Source: Octopus vulgaris
Taxonomy: Eukaryota
DNA length: 64,000 nucleotides
Assembly: GCA_951406725.2 (NCBI GenBank)
Contig: OX597829.1
Span: 7,750,001 to 7,814,000 of the forward strand
Direction of reading: 5' to 3'
Shown: piece after piece, positions 22,436 to 35,753 of the stretch
Position numbering within the stretch: the stretch's first letter is position 1
How the letters are laid out: each line of letters starts with the position of its first letter
Translations under genes and position numbers: made by a program
Notes under the pieces: generated by a model
The model's input: the letters and a program-made list of their open reading frames with translations, nothing else
Databases searched by the model: none
Told to the model about the DNA's origin: nothing

Positions 22436-25400
22436 TTTACAACCTGTCTTGAAAAAGAGATAGGGTACCATGGAAAATGTAGTCATCAATACACAATGCT
22501 ACCTATGCCACTTAGTGGTGGTGGTGGTGGTGGAGCTGGTGCTGCTGCAACATTCCTGGATCATAGCTGAGCCTCAAACGGAATAACAATGTCAACAACA
22601 GACATCACAAAACACTTCTTCTTCATATTCCCACATGCGTATAATATAACTTGTAAATACATCTATAACAAAAAGAGACAAAAAAAAAGAGCAGGAATTG
22701 TGTATGATTTTGCTCTTGAGTTATTTTTTCCATTTTGTTTTCACCATAGTAATGACATTTTGGTAGAATCTTATTTTCACTTCCAAACATGGTTGCATGA
22801 CTTTAAAATAAACTACTAAACTATACTGCTACATGTTTATACAAGTGAGTCCTAATGGATTTACATATGACATGATTAAATACAAACACACCATTATGCT
22901 AACTGAGGAGAACAAGAAGGAGAAATTCAGCAAAAGGTGGAATAATCTAGCCAAAATATATTTGTCATGGTTCAATCATGTAAGAATATCTCCATATGTC
23001 TTCACACAGATGCCTCCTGAAGTAAAATAATGATGGCTATGATGATGGTAACAACAGAATAAAACAAAATAAAAACAGAAATCTTCAAAGAGGTGTTGAC
23101 TGTAACAACAAAAATAATCACACACACACACACACAAATCTTAGTGAAAAGTTATGATTTATTGTGACCTGTAGTTTGTACTGAATTCATGTGGAGTGTA
23201 AATGTTCAGATAAAATAGAAGAATTTGGAAATTCTACATAGATATTGTGACAGTTTCAATTAGATTTTTATACCTATTTTGTAATGGTAACAAGGATGTT
23301 ATGATGAATTTTTGTTCTTTCCCAACAGATAAATAACCAAAATGTTAGTCATTACTGGCTGTACCTATTTTCTCTTTTCTTTTCAGATATATCTAAGACT
23401 GTATTAATGTCCTTGATTTTTAAAGTGTGATTAGATGGGCATTTAATCACCAACTCATCAGACTAAATAAAGAACCACATGCAGGCTCACTTAACCTGTT
23501 GGTTAAGAAATTCTCTAAATAGTTTGCTTAGCTTTCATGCTTAGGCAATGTAACTTTCAGATAACTTTCCAAGTTAATATCCAGTAGCAATTAAGAAGAG
23601 CTATAAGCCAGCTATTTTCCTGCATCATATTAAAAAACAGATTAAAAAGAAAAGCATCTCAGAAGATTTGGATCCATAATCTTTATCTCTACTGGTACAT
23701 CAAAATTACTGCAGCCAAAAGTATGATCTCATCTGATGGCCTTACAAACAAAGTGAGGCAGCAAAGTCCATAAACACTGAACTGTTGGAAGTAAATTAAT
23801 TTGTTTATTTTACCTTTGACTTCCAGCCAAATTACTGGTGTGAGCAGATTCAAAGGCATATGAACTTAGTTTCGTCAAGCTTTATGTAATTAACATCCAG
23901 CTTTGTGTACTAAAGAAAGATGTTAGAGTTACAGAAATTGCTAAATTCATTTCTTTATAATGGCTGTGAAAGTCAATTTGTGTAGACTAAGGACATGTGT
24001 TATTTGTAGATATTTGATAACTAGTTCTTTCGAAGGAGAATGCTGTGCTTAAATTACTGACTTATTCTAGCAGTTTCTTTCAAGCACACTGGCCTGTTAA
24101 ACTACTTTTCTCAGAAACCATTTTCTTCACTGATTTGGTTATGTGTGACATCTTCCACACACCTAGATCTATGGTGTCATTAATCAAGTGTCATGCTTGT
24201 TAAAAACTGTCTCAGGTCAGCTCTCAGTGAATAGAGCTATGGTACACCTGTAATTAGCAGAACAATGAGCCACTGCTCACAGATCAACCATTTTAGACAT
24301 ACCATTTTTACCCAACTAAAGTCTATACCGTTCACTCTAACATGAAGTGATTTAAGTTGATGACGATGAAGTGGTGATCAAAATGGATGTAAGATATTCT
24401 GGGAAACCTTGTGTTGATCAATATTTCTGATTACTCTTATAGCAATATTGCTTTAATTTTGATACTATTGGAATACATCTTCAGAGAAAGAATTAACGCC
24501 ATCCAAGACAAAGGCTACACAGTCAAGCAAAAGTTGTTAAGACATCAGCAGATCTTTTATCTCTTTTCAGTTACCTTTACATTTCATCAACTGTGATATG
24601 CAAGAGTTAAGATCCCTTAAGAATATTGCAGTTAAAGTCAGTCTGTTTCCCAATGCAAAGAAGATTGAAAATATGAGAAATGAGAATGAAAGCTACCTAC
24701 CAATTCATTTCAAAAAGAACTTCAAATTACCTTCATGGTATGTACACCTGGTTTCTCATGAGGGCTCAAATCATCTCCCATAAACACCAAAGAGAAAGTT
24801 TATGGGCACATTCCACCCATTTCTATTATTATTGTTGATTGGATTTTGTTGGTTAATGTTATTAAGCTGAATAGTAGGCCATATCAAAAGTTATACCTTG
24901 GAAACTTCAGCACACAAACAGAAAATGAAGACTACCCACCTATATTGATGTTATTAGCAGAGTCACATAACAAGGAATTGAAAACCTGCCAAAGCCAAAG
25001 GGACACATAGATACCTTCTTACATTTCATTTTTAAAAATTGCTTCAAGAAAATTGTCCTATTTTTACTATTTCATGCATCTGCATATGTATATTCATGAG
25101 TATGTTTGTGAATATATCTTAATCCTTAATTAAGCATTAGTTCACTTTTCTAATAATTATATTTTATCCAAAATAGTTATTGAAATATTTCTAACAAAGG
25201 AATGGACTATTCTGTTTTTTTCTTTCTCTTTTTAACTTTTGAAAGGTCAAATATAATTTATTTGGCCTAATTTGTAAATGTTTCCATATAGTTGAATAGC
25301 ACAGAATCTAACTGATTTGGAGCTTTAATCTATCCTAAATTCTAAACTAATCCCCATACACATGTTCACTATTCATTGAGAGAGGAAATGATGTTCTATA

Positions 25401-25850
25401 GACAGCAAAAGGAACAAACAACACAAACATTAAAAAAGGCATTATAAATTAGATAACTTAAGAGAAATCATTATTGATTACTTGATATTATAGAAAAGTA
25501 TGTACTAAAATTGAAATACTAAAAGCCAGATGATGACCAAGAAAAAAATGATGAACAAATGTAGGAGAATTACCAGGATTAATTATACTAATGACCTGGT
25601 TTTGTTTTCCTTCTGGAGTGTGGAAGGAAGTAAATCCAGCTTTCAGCTAAGACAAATACATCTGTTATTTTAACCCTTTTGTAACTAAATTTCTAAATAA
25701 AAATATGAAAAATAGTTTGTGTTTCAATTGATTTTGAGCAGGATGGAAGAGAATAGCGACAGAGATTTTCTAATATGGCTTTTTACATGTATTTCTAGTT
25801 AAACTCATTCGGATAGGCCCCTTACTCAAAGAAACCTAGCATAATATTAA

Positions 25851-26074
25851 CCCATTAAGTCCCAGAGTACTTAAATTTCTGAATATTACTTTAAAATTTT
25901 TATAGATGATTGAAAATAGGTTAAAATGAAAAGAATAATTATTAAAACTCCTTTACTTCAAGTAGAAATGGAAATACTCGGTGTCCTATAAATTGGACAC
26001 TGAGACAATGTGATTATAGCTTATTTAATGTTCTAATTTAGTGTCCTATTTATAGGACAGTGGGACTTAATGGG
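25851..26074. mobile_element. 224-bp piggyBac-type MITE, second TIR type
   Basis: TTAA|CCCATTAAGTCCCA ... TGGGACTTAATGGG|TTAA (perfect 14-bp TIR); two internal palindromes gtgtcctataaattggacac and tgtcctatttataggaca. Confidence 0.85.
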
Positions 26075-26262
26075 TTAAGCTGATAGGTTTTAATTTAAAT
26101 ACAAATTAATTCTTATGAAGAATCAGAAGTAGTCCCAGATGGAATGATATCAGAAGGGCTAGACCTTTTGATATCAACCTCACTTGTATGCCACACAAAA
26201 ACAGCTACATAACGAAGCAACTTGAATAGCAAAGAAAATTATAAAAGAACAAATTGTGTAAA

Positions 26263-26320
<58 letters not shown>

Positions 26321-26374
26321 AAATAGCTCTTCTCCATCACACTTCACAGTGTTAACCACTAAATTACAAATTAA

Positions 26375-28072
26375 CCCTTTAGCATTCAGGTTTCTTTGTC
26401 AAATATACTTATTTATTGCTTATTTATTCTGAGTCACTATCAGAACTAGAGGAGAAGTTTCAGGTGTGGAAACAAGGATTAGAATTGAAGGGCCTTAGAA
26501 TCAACCTAGCTAAAACCAAAGTCCTAATAAGTTGGAAGGCAGAGAAACCACAAATCCCTTCAGGTAAATGGCCCTGCTCAATCTGTAGAAAAGGCGTAGG
26601 TAGAAACTCTATAAGAGATACCCAGTGTAAGCTATGGACACATATCAAAGGAAGGCTAACTGGGAAGATAGTTTTTGTATGTGGCAGATGCTCAGGAGCA
26701 ATAAACACAGAAAATGTGCAGAGAACTTCTGCCACATTCCAGCGAGAAAAACTAGAAGTAGTTGATAGCTTCCGTTACCTAGGTGACCAAGTCAGTAGCA
26801 GAGGAAGGTGTGCAGAAAGTGTAGCTGCTAGAATAAGAATAGCTTGGGCAAAGTTCAAAGAGCTCTTACCTCTGCTGATGACAAAGGGCCTCTCGTTCAG
26901 AGTAAAAGGTAGACTTTATGATGCATGTGTATGAACAGCTATACTACATGGCAGTGAAACATGGGCCGTGACTGCTGAGGAATGAAGCCAGTATGCTCCG
27001 ATGGATGTGTAATGTCAGTGTGCATACTCAACAGAGTATTAGTACCTTGAGAGAAAAGTTGGACTTAAAAAGCATCAGATGTGGTGTGCAAGAGAGACGA
27101 CTGCACTGGTATGGTCATGTGGTGAGAATGGATGGGGATAGCTGTGTGACAATGTGCCATACCCTAGCGGTTGAGGGAATTTGTGGATGAGGTAGACCCA
27201 ATAAGACCTGGGATGAAGTGGTGAAGCACGACTTTTGAACATTAGGCAATGACTAAAGACCGAGATTTTTGGAAATATGCTGTGCTTGAGAAGACCCAGC
27301 AAGCCAAGTGAGACCATAACCTTGTGGCCTATGCCAGGAGTGTAACCAGCCCACTTATGCGTACCTTTCTTTCATTGGACACTAAACTCTACTTGCAAAT
27401 GCCTGTTGAGGCAAGTGAAATTAAAATCAAATTCGATGACTGGCATCCATGCTAGTGGAGCACTGAGCACCAACTGAGCATGATCGTTGCCAGAGCAGCT
27501 AATTGGCTTCCATGCCAGTGACATGTAAAAAGCACCAGTCAAGCGTGATCGTTACCAGCGTCGCCTTACTGGCACTTGTGCTGGTGACATGTGAAAAAAC
27601 ATTCGAGCGAGGTTGTTGCCAGTACCAATGGACTGGCTCCTGCGTAGGTAGCACGCAAAAAACACCATTTGAGTGTGGCTGTTGCCAGTACCGCCTGACT
27701 GACCCTCGAGCCGGTGGTACATAAAAGCACCCACTACATTCTCGGAGTGGTTGGCGTTAGGAAGGGCATCCAGCTGAAGAAACTCTGCCAGATCAGATTG
27801 GAGTCTGGTGCAGCCTTTGGGCTCCCCAGTCCCCAGTCAAACTGTCCAACCCATGCCAGCATGGAAAGCGGACGTTAAACGATGATGATGATGATGATGA
27901 TGATGATTGTTTTGAATTTGTCATACATTATTTTGTAGCTTCAAAATTTCAATGATGTATTTGTATATTTTTAGAATGACATTGTAGGACAGGTGTGAGA
28001 GGTTGTATCTGGTCAGTTTCAACCTAAAACAGGTAGAATATTTGGGCTGGATATGGATTAAATGCTAAAGGA
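26375..28072 (+). mobile_element. TTAA MITE (TIR CCCTTTAGCATT) split by an RTE insertion
   Basis: TTAA|CCCTTTAGCATT at 26371-26386 and AATGCTAAAGGA|TTAA at 28061-28076; the halves are 26375-26429 and 27906-28072. Confidence 0.7.
26430..27905 (+). mobile_element. 5'-truncated RTE-clade LINE
   Basis: ORFs 26416-26934 and 26993-27190 match the other RTE copies; 3'UTR repeats; long (GAT)n tail. Confidence 0.92.
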
Positions 28073-28109
28073 TTAAAAGGTGAGCCTTTAAGTTACTTAG
28101 TTAATTTTT

Positions 28110-28885
28110 TGGCTCAAAAAGCAAAAAAGCAAGGCCATGTAGGGGGACATGGAGTTATATACAGGGTGGTGTTCATGTAAAGAGTTCAGGCCACTTGAGG
28201 TCAAGGGAGACTTTGAACTGAGCGGTCGTCGGCATCTTCACCATCTTGTCCGGCAGCTTATTCCACGGATCCGCAACCCGGACGGAGAAAGCCCCTCTCC
28301 TTCGATTAAGATGTAATCGTCGCAGATAAAGCTTTTCGGAATGACCCTGCAGCCAACGTTCTGGAGCAGGAGTGAAGAACAGCTCTTTCGAGAGGTTACA
28401 CTTTCCACTTATGATGTTGTGAGCAAGAATGAGATCATCACGGCGGCGGCGTTTTTCTAGAGAATAAAGGTCGAGCGTCTTCAGCCTTTCTTCATAAGAC
28501 AAATTCTTGAGACCAAGAACCATGCAGGTAGCCAGCTTCCGGACTCTTTCGAGATGCTGTATGTCTTTGAGGAGATAAGGAGAAGAGGCTTGGATCCCGT
28601 ACTCCAATATGGGTCTCACCAGCGTGACATACAGCGGTAGGAATATGGCTGCTGTGAGCATTCCGAATGACCGTCGAATCAAGAACAGAACTCCGTGTGC
28701 TTTGTTGGCAGCATGGACGCACTGGGCCAAAGGCGAAAAGGAGGAATCCACCAAGATACCCAGGTCCTTTACCTGATCGGTCCTCTCCAGCAGCAGACGA
28801 CCCAGCTTGAAATCAAGTTGAGTTGCAGGAGGAGAGCCAACAGGCAAATGACAGCACTTTGACACGTTCAGACACAGGTCCCATT
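28110..28885 (-). mobile_element. CR1-like LINE, ORF2 C-terminal fragment
   Basis: 230-aa ORF with KDLGILVD, LYVTLVRPILEYG, LSYEERLKTLDLYSLEKRR, FSVRVADPWNKLP. Confidence 0.9.
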
Positions 28886-29656
28886 ATTGCTCAACCTGTT
28901 AAAAATAGCAGACAGATAGCTATCAAATGACATCACACCATCTTAAGCAAGGAGAAGCACATATTAGATAATGTGGTCATAGATGCTATTTGAAAAGACT
29001 AGATGGTCAAGTCTGGACTACATTTGATCATAAAACAGTTTGATCAAGACTGATCAGACAAGAACACAAAGGAATGCAACCATCATACAAAAGACTTGTA
29101 CATCTGTAAACAAGCTAGCTGATTATGTGATCATGCAATCTGTGAGAAATAACAACCAATCCTTTTTCATATTGTCCTTTTAAAAGGGCATAACCATATT
29201 AAAATAAGTAATCCTAGATGCACAGAGCCTGAAAAAAATTGGTGGGGGTAGGGCAAAATGGTTACATTTGGATTAGTATCAATGCTTATCTGTTAATACT
29301 GAGACTAAGCATCAACATTAACAACATAAAAATCTTTAATTACTGATTCTTGCTTTTCTATCATACTATTATTGCTTATCCTTGTTCACAAATTATAATT
29401 ATCTTAATCAGATGCAAACATTTCATTAGTCTTGGATATAAATGAATACACATTCTTTGCACAACCCAAGATCAATCCTCAAAAAATTTAATTAAAATGT
29501 TTGGTAGTTTCAAAACAAAATAAATAAATAAGATTATATATATATATATATTATATATATATAATATATATATTATATATATATATTATATGGTGGTGTC
29601 CTAGCATGGCCACAGCTTGTAAGCTGAAACTAGATAAAATGTAAAAAAAATGAAAA

Positions 29657-29706
<50 letters not shown>

Positions 29707-30319
29707 GTGAAAACATATGTTAAATGTGTCACAGTAGAATGATTTATATTTCTTGACAATTAATTACTGGGTTAATTGACAATATGGCATAGATCTTTGC
29801 CATGACAGGTCTAGCGCAAAACTGTTAAAAATGTGTTGACAGTGCATCAAAAAGATGCAATGAAATATTGGCAAACTATTGATGAAATGAACCTAAGTGC
29901 TTTACATATATGGAACCAAAAGCTAAATCAGGATTATATGATAGATTTGGTATATTCAAATGTATATACAATAGCAGATACTATATGGTATAGCAGACAC
30001 GTTTGGGGTATACATATATTATATAGTACACAGATACTATATAGTATAGCAGATATATATGATATAGCAGTACAGTGATAGACTTCTGGATGTAGTAATG
30101 GTACAGTGTTGGCAGTTTGATGTAAGTAGAAAGTGTTCTAAATATAATCCTTGCTTCACAGGATACTGCTATATATTAAGTCATAGTTACTTTAGTATTG
30201 GAACAGATTCAGTGATAGATTTATATGTATGTACATCTTAGAATGAAGTACTGTCAAAAAATTGTAGTATTTTTATTACTGTTGTCGTTATTATTATTAT
30301 TATTATTATTGTGGTTATC

Positions 30320-30865
30320 AAGGCAGTAAATAGGCATAACTATTAAAGAAAAGCTTGGGTTGATATAATCAACAAGCCACTTCCCCAAAAATTTCAGGCC
30401 TTATGCCCATTGTAGAAAGGATTATCATCGGTAAAGCAGTGAACTAGGAGATAGCAGCATTATTAGCATGTAGGACAAAATGCTTAGCAGTATTTCCTCA
30501 CGCTCTTTACATTCTGAGCTCAAATGCACCAAAGTCAGCCTTTAATTTATTGACTTGGGGTCAATAAAATAAGTAGCAGTTGGGCACTAGTGTCAATGCA
30601 ATCAACCAGATCCATCCTCCAAAATTTTAGGCTTCATGCTTACAGTAGAGAGGATTATTGCTATTGATCTTGGTAGAATTGCTAGCATGCTAGCATTTTG
30701 TTTGTCTCTACATTCTGAGTTCAAATTCTGCTGAGGTTGATTTTGCCTACCATCTTTCCGTGGTCAATATAATAAAGTACCAGTTGAACACTGGGATTGA
30801 TGTAATTCACTAAACCACTTCCACAAGATTTAAGGCCTTGTGCCTTTTGTAGAAAAGATCATTAT
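30320..30865 (+). mobile_element. tandem cluster of tRNA-derived SINE family B
   Basis: About three successive units with 'ttctgagttcaaat' B-box-like motif and 'ggtcaataaaataagta.cag' core. Confidence 0.75.
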
Positions 30866-32635
30866 AATTATTAATTATTATTATTATTATTATTATTATA
30901 GACGTCGCACAGTATACAATATTGTGAGGTTGGTGATGGAAGATATTGTATCTACTGGGGGTTTGTACTGTTTGTCAAGTTATAACAAGGACCTCAGACA
31001 GACAGTAATTTACATAATATGCGTGCAGTTCCAAATAATGCTGACTTTTGCAATAAATCGAGATTATAGGGTATTTTTCAGATGCTTTTTCAGATTGGGT
31101 ACTATTGAACTCAATGCTCCAATGACAATAGGGATAACCTTTATTTTCGCTTCTGGTAGCTGCCACATCTTAGCAATCTCAATTCTCAAGTCTCTTTATT
31201 TATCAATCTTTTCTCTTGATGATATGTTGATCTCCTGGCACTGCTACATCAATTATTAGGCACTTTTCTTTGTCCCTCCTAAAGGTTACTATATCCAGCC
31301 TTCAGTGCTCTAACACCTTGTCTGTCTGGAAATCAAAGTCCCAGAGGATTTTTGCCTTCCCCTTTTCGTCCATTACATTTTCCGGTGTATGTTGGTACCA
31401 AGCACCCGTAACTTCATATCCATACATATGGCATAGTAACCAGTGGAGGTTTGGAGCTACCTTGTTGTGTCTATGCTTGTACTCTTCCTGGGCAAGACTT
31501 CCACAAGCACTAACAATGTGTGTCACACTCTGACCCTTTTCCCACACATTCTGCAGAGGCTCTTTATACTTGTGTGGTATATATCCCTTTCTACGGAGTT
31601 GGTATTCAATGCCTGGTCCTGGACAGCGAGGATTAGGCTTTCAGTATTCTTTTTTAGGCCACCCTTGTTGAGCTACCGCCATGATGTTTCCTGGTCTTTT
31701 ACTTTGTTGGTTTCAAGGTGGAACTGATTATGTAATTCCATACAGAGTGGGGTTTCTTCTCTCTCATTGGCTGTACGTGATCGGAATTCATGAGAACTCT
31801 CAAGTCCATTTTTGTTAACTCCATCTGCCTTAGCAGCATACTGTAGCAGGTCACGTTTGCTTTACCAAATATTCTGACATGATTCTTCTTTCACTGTTGA
31901 TGCTAATCAGCCCACGTTCACCCTTACCTCTCTTCATGTAAAGCCTGTGTATATTTGCCTTAGAGTGGAGGGCACCATACACTGTCATTATCTTTTGGGT
32001 ATTGCAATCGAGTTGGTTAATCTACACTTGTGCCCATTTCAGGATGGGTGCACCATAGCAGATTACAACAACTGCCAATATACTGATAGCAGCCACAAGG
32101 TTTCTTGAGCTGAGTTTTGATTTCAAGAGAAATTTGAAATGCTTGAAATTTGCAGTGATGACCTTGTCTTTCATTTCTTTGTGCAAGATATTGTTCAGCT
32201 CCAGGATCCCAAGGAACTTGTACCCTTCATCATCTGTGTCTTCCATTCTCTTTCCATTTGGCAATTCTATACCCCTACAATTTACACTTTACCCTGCTTC
32301 AGAGTAAGCACTGCATGCTTTGAGATATTGAATTCCATCCCTATATCCTTGCTGCACATTTGAACAGTCTCAACCAGCCTCTCCATTTCAGGCTCTGTTT
32401 TTGCAAACAGTTTTAAATCATCCATAAAGAGAAGGCAGTTGAAATGAGGTCCATTTTTTGTCAGCTCATAGTGCACGTTGATTTTAGGTAGCACTACAGA
32501 AAGTGGGATCAAGGCTTTAATAAATAGCAGAGGTGAACAAGAGTCTCTTTGGAAGATACCTCTTTTGACTGATATATCAGCTAAGTGCTGCTTGTTACAG
32601 AAAAGACATATTCTCCAACTATGAATGCTGTTCTT
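30866..32635 (-). mobile_element. R4/Dong-like LINE (RT plus CCHC/RLE region) ending in (TAA)n
   Basis: GIFQRDSCSPLLF, LLFMDDLKLFA, IGMEFNISK, KFLGILE, HIVSAC...YKHRHNKVA, ILWDFDFQTD; abuts (ATT)n at 30866-30899. Confidence 0.85.
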
Positions 32636-33100
32636 AATTGCTAGCATGCTAGCATTTTGTATGCCTCTACATTCTGAGTTCAAATTCTGCTGCGGTTGAT
32701 TTTACCTGCCATCTTTTCGTGATCAATATAATAAAATACCAGTTGAACACTGTGATTATCTCTTTCATCCTTACAGGATCAATACTGGGGGTTAAAGCAA
32801 TCGAATCACCCCATCCCTTAATACTGCTGGCTATGTACCAAAATTTGAAACCATTATCATCATCAACATTTTTATTGTTGTTGTTGTTATTATCACCACT
32901 ATCATTAAGGTGGAGAGCTGGCAGAATTGTTAGCATGATGGACAAAATGCTTAGTGGTATGTTGCCCGTTGCTATGTTCAGAGTTTAAGTTCTGCCAAGG
33001 TCAGCTTTGCCTTTCATCCTTTCAAGGTCAATAAAATAAATACCAGTCAACCCCACCCCCCAAAAAAATGGCTGCCCTTGTGGCAAAATTTGAAACCATT
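32636..33100 (+). mobile_element. SINE family B pieces
   Basis: 'gagctggcagaattgttagcatg...gctttgcctttcatcctttc' unit at 32910-33100; 32636-32757 duplicates 30677-30797. Confidence 0.75.
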
Positions 33101-33104
33101 ATTA

Positions 33105-33660
33105 TGTGGGAGAGCAGTGCATGCCATCAAAGTGACACCGGGGTAAAATATACGAAGCCCAGTATACCCATCATGACTACCCGTCTGATAAGGGTACACC
33201 AGGCACATGCATCACAACCATATGTGCATGACATGGTGATCTCATATCAAGATAAACAGCACATGACCCTGCAGGTGGGGTCCAGTTAGAATTTTCTTCT
33301 GGTCGAGTAACCCATCCTGCTCAAAAGGTCCCTGAATAAGGGTTTTTTATGGATGTTGAACGAACCACTCATGTTTCCAAAGGTGAATTATTCAAACCCC
33401 AAAGAATCCCTCTCAACACATGGCTATGATGCTCCCCCACTACTTCTGCTCGTGATCACAGATGCACATATCGTCATCCACTAAGGGACATGCTCAACTG
33501 GTTAAGGTCAAACAACTGACAAGCCAAATCTGTGGTATTGAGCAGAATATTTGCTGTAGCCCATCTTTTATGCCAAGACAAAACAATGTACATGATAACA
33601 CTTCCAATCGGTTAAGATCAGAAGCCATAAGATCAGAAAGCCTGATACTGCATCATGGCA
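33105..33660 (-). mobile_element. unclassified retroposon-like repeat flanked by (AAT)n
   Basis: 33108-33268 is the reverse-complement homologue of 60484-60650; both copies lie next to AAT tracts. Confidence 0.6.
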
Positions 33661-34149
33661 TTTTATTATTATTATTATTATTATTATTAGTGTGCTTATT
33701 GAAAGGTGGTCAAGACTGGTGAGACTGAATGGACCAACTTTGAGTATGCTTTTCTAAGCAGCAGTAAAGAAACTACATGACATATTACCATGCTTTGGGG
33801 ATGGCAGAGTAATCCGAGATTTTTGCATGGGATTTATCATGGATTACCCAAATTGGACTGCCCTGCTATTTGGGATTTTAATTATTTATCTTTAATCTTT
33901 TACTGATTTCAGTCTTTAGACTGTGGCCATGTTGGGGCACCACTTTCTTATTTATTTATTTCTCTAATTTTTATTATATATCCTCTGTTTTAGCTCTTAT
34001 ATATGGAAGTATTTCCTTTTGATCGATGTAAACCTATTTTTGTTTTTGTACTATTTTGTTTGTTTTGGTTTTGTGTGCTGTAACTTGTCCTTCAGTATTG
34101 TCCTCCATATCTTTGGCCCTTGTGGCCAATAGAAATCATTACCATTATT

Positions 34150-35160
34150 ACTAAGGTAGCATGCTAGCAGAATCATGAACATGTCAGGCATAATACATAG
34201 TGGTGTTTATCTGGCTCTTCACATTTAGAGTTCAAATTCTACCAAGGTCGTTTTGCCTTTCATCTTTTGGGGAATGGAATGAAATAAGTAAGTACAGAGG
34301 TAACCAATTACCCCTTTTCTCCAAAATTTGGCAACATAAGAAAGGATTGTTGTTACGATAACAAGATGGCAGAATTATTAGAGCATAAAAAGAAATGCTT
34401 TGCAGTAAGTCTAGCAACTTTTTACATGCAGAGATGAAATTCTGTTGAGGTGAATTTCAGCTTTCGTCATGCTTTAGCTGTCAATAAAATAGGGGAGTTG
34501 ATATAATCAACTTGCCCCTCTACTCATAATTGCTTTCCTTGTGCCAAAATTAAAAACAAATAAGGGGTCAAGCTGACAGAATTGCTACTGCATCAGACAA
34601 AATGTTTAGAGGCATTTGTACCAGCTCTTTACACTCTCAGTCCATATTCTACTTATGTCAACTTTGCCATTCATTGTTTAAAGGAGATAAAATAAGTACC
34701 AGCAGCAAAGAACTGGGGTTGATGTAATTGACTAACCCCCTACACTAGCCTTGTGCCAAAATTTGAAACTATTATTAAAACACAAACAAGCAGCAATCTA
34801 GCAGAGCCATTAGAGTATCAGGGAAAAGTGACTTGTGGATTTTGTTTTGCTTTTTACTTCATTATGTTCTAAGTTCAAATTCCACCAAGTTCACCTTTGA
34901 CTTTCATTCCTCTGGTGTCTATGAAATAAGTATCACTGGGGTGCAGAAATTGATTGGCATTCACCCCACAGAATTCCTGGCCTTGTGCTTTAATTCGAAA
35001 CCATCATCATCAAAGGAGGAAGAAGCAGGGGCAGAATAGCAAACTGTCAGAAATAATGGGGTTCAGGACAAATGCCTTGAGCCATTCTTTCTGTTTCTTT
35101 ACAGTCAGTATTCAAATCCTGTCAACTTTAACATCGTCTCTAATCCCTCCAGATCAATGA
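34150..35160 (+). mobile_element. head-to-tail array of ~5 decayed SINE family B units
   Basis: 'gcagaat...agc...caaaatg...gttcaaattc...ctttcat...ccttgtgcc.aaatt' recurs at ~200-250 bp spacing. Confidence 0.7.
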
Positions 35161-35659
35161 GACAGTGTAGCCGTCAAGTAATGGTGGTGGTGGGTGGGTC
35201 AACAATAACAACTAATTCTAACACACTGCCTAATATAGTCAAAGACTTACAGTGTCTAAAGATAGCTAAAAACACTTTTAATCATAGATTTGTCGGTCAC
35301 AATTGATTTGGGACTAAATAACAACATAAAAGCTGCTATTTTGATAGTAAACCATTTCCAGTGACCTTTGGAGTGGTACATTAAACTATTATCAAAGTGA
35401 CACTGTTTGCTCAACATGCTCTGACCTGTGTTACATTACAGGAATCCAGGAAATAGAAATCTGTAGGTAGTTTGAAGATCAAATTTGTTTCTTTAAGGTT
35501 GCAAAGTTCAATGTGTTGCAATTTAAAGGTGCTGAACCTTTAAAAAGCAGGAAATGTCTGCATCCTGCTTGTTTTGTAAGGAACTGAGAGATTTGACCAA
35601 AATTCACAAATGAGATACAGAACAACAAAAGTATATTGCTATATAACAGAACCCCTTAC

Positions 35660-35753
35660 CAGCTTTAGCAACATAATAAGATGTACATAAAACAGCGACG
35701 AAGGTAAGGATTACAAGGATGAAGACATTTTATCCAAGCAAAGGATAATCCAT
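35660..35753 (-). pseudogene. signal-peptide-like exon with in-frame TAA (MDYPLLG*NVFILVILTFVAVLCTSYYVAKA|G)
   Basis: gcaATGG start, 14-residue hydrophobic core, AKA cleavage motif, phase-1 donor G|GTAAGG at 35660/35659; TAA at 35732-35730. Confidence 0.3.

Noticed and set aside
23310-23390. Plus-strand splice acceptors (cccaacag, ttttcttttcag)
   Set aside because: No matching donor or open frame found; such tracts are common in AT-rich DNA
29940-30080. Imperfect 'tatagcagatactata' repeats
   Set aside because: Low-complexity decayed minisatellite with no further structure
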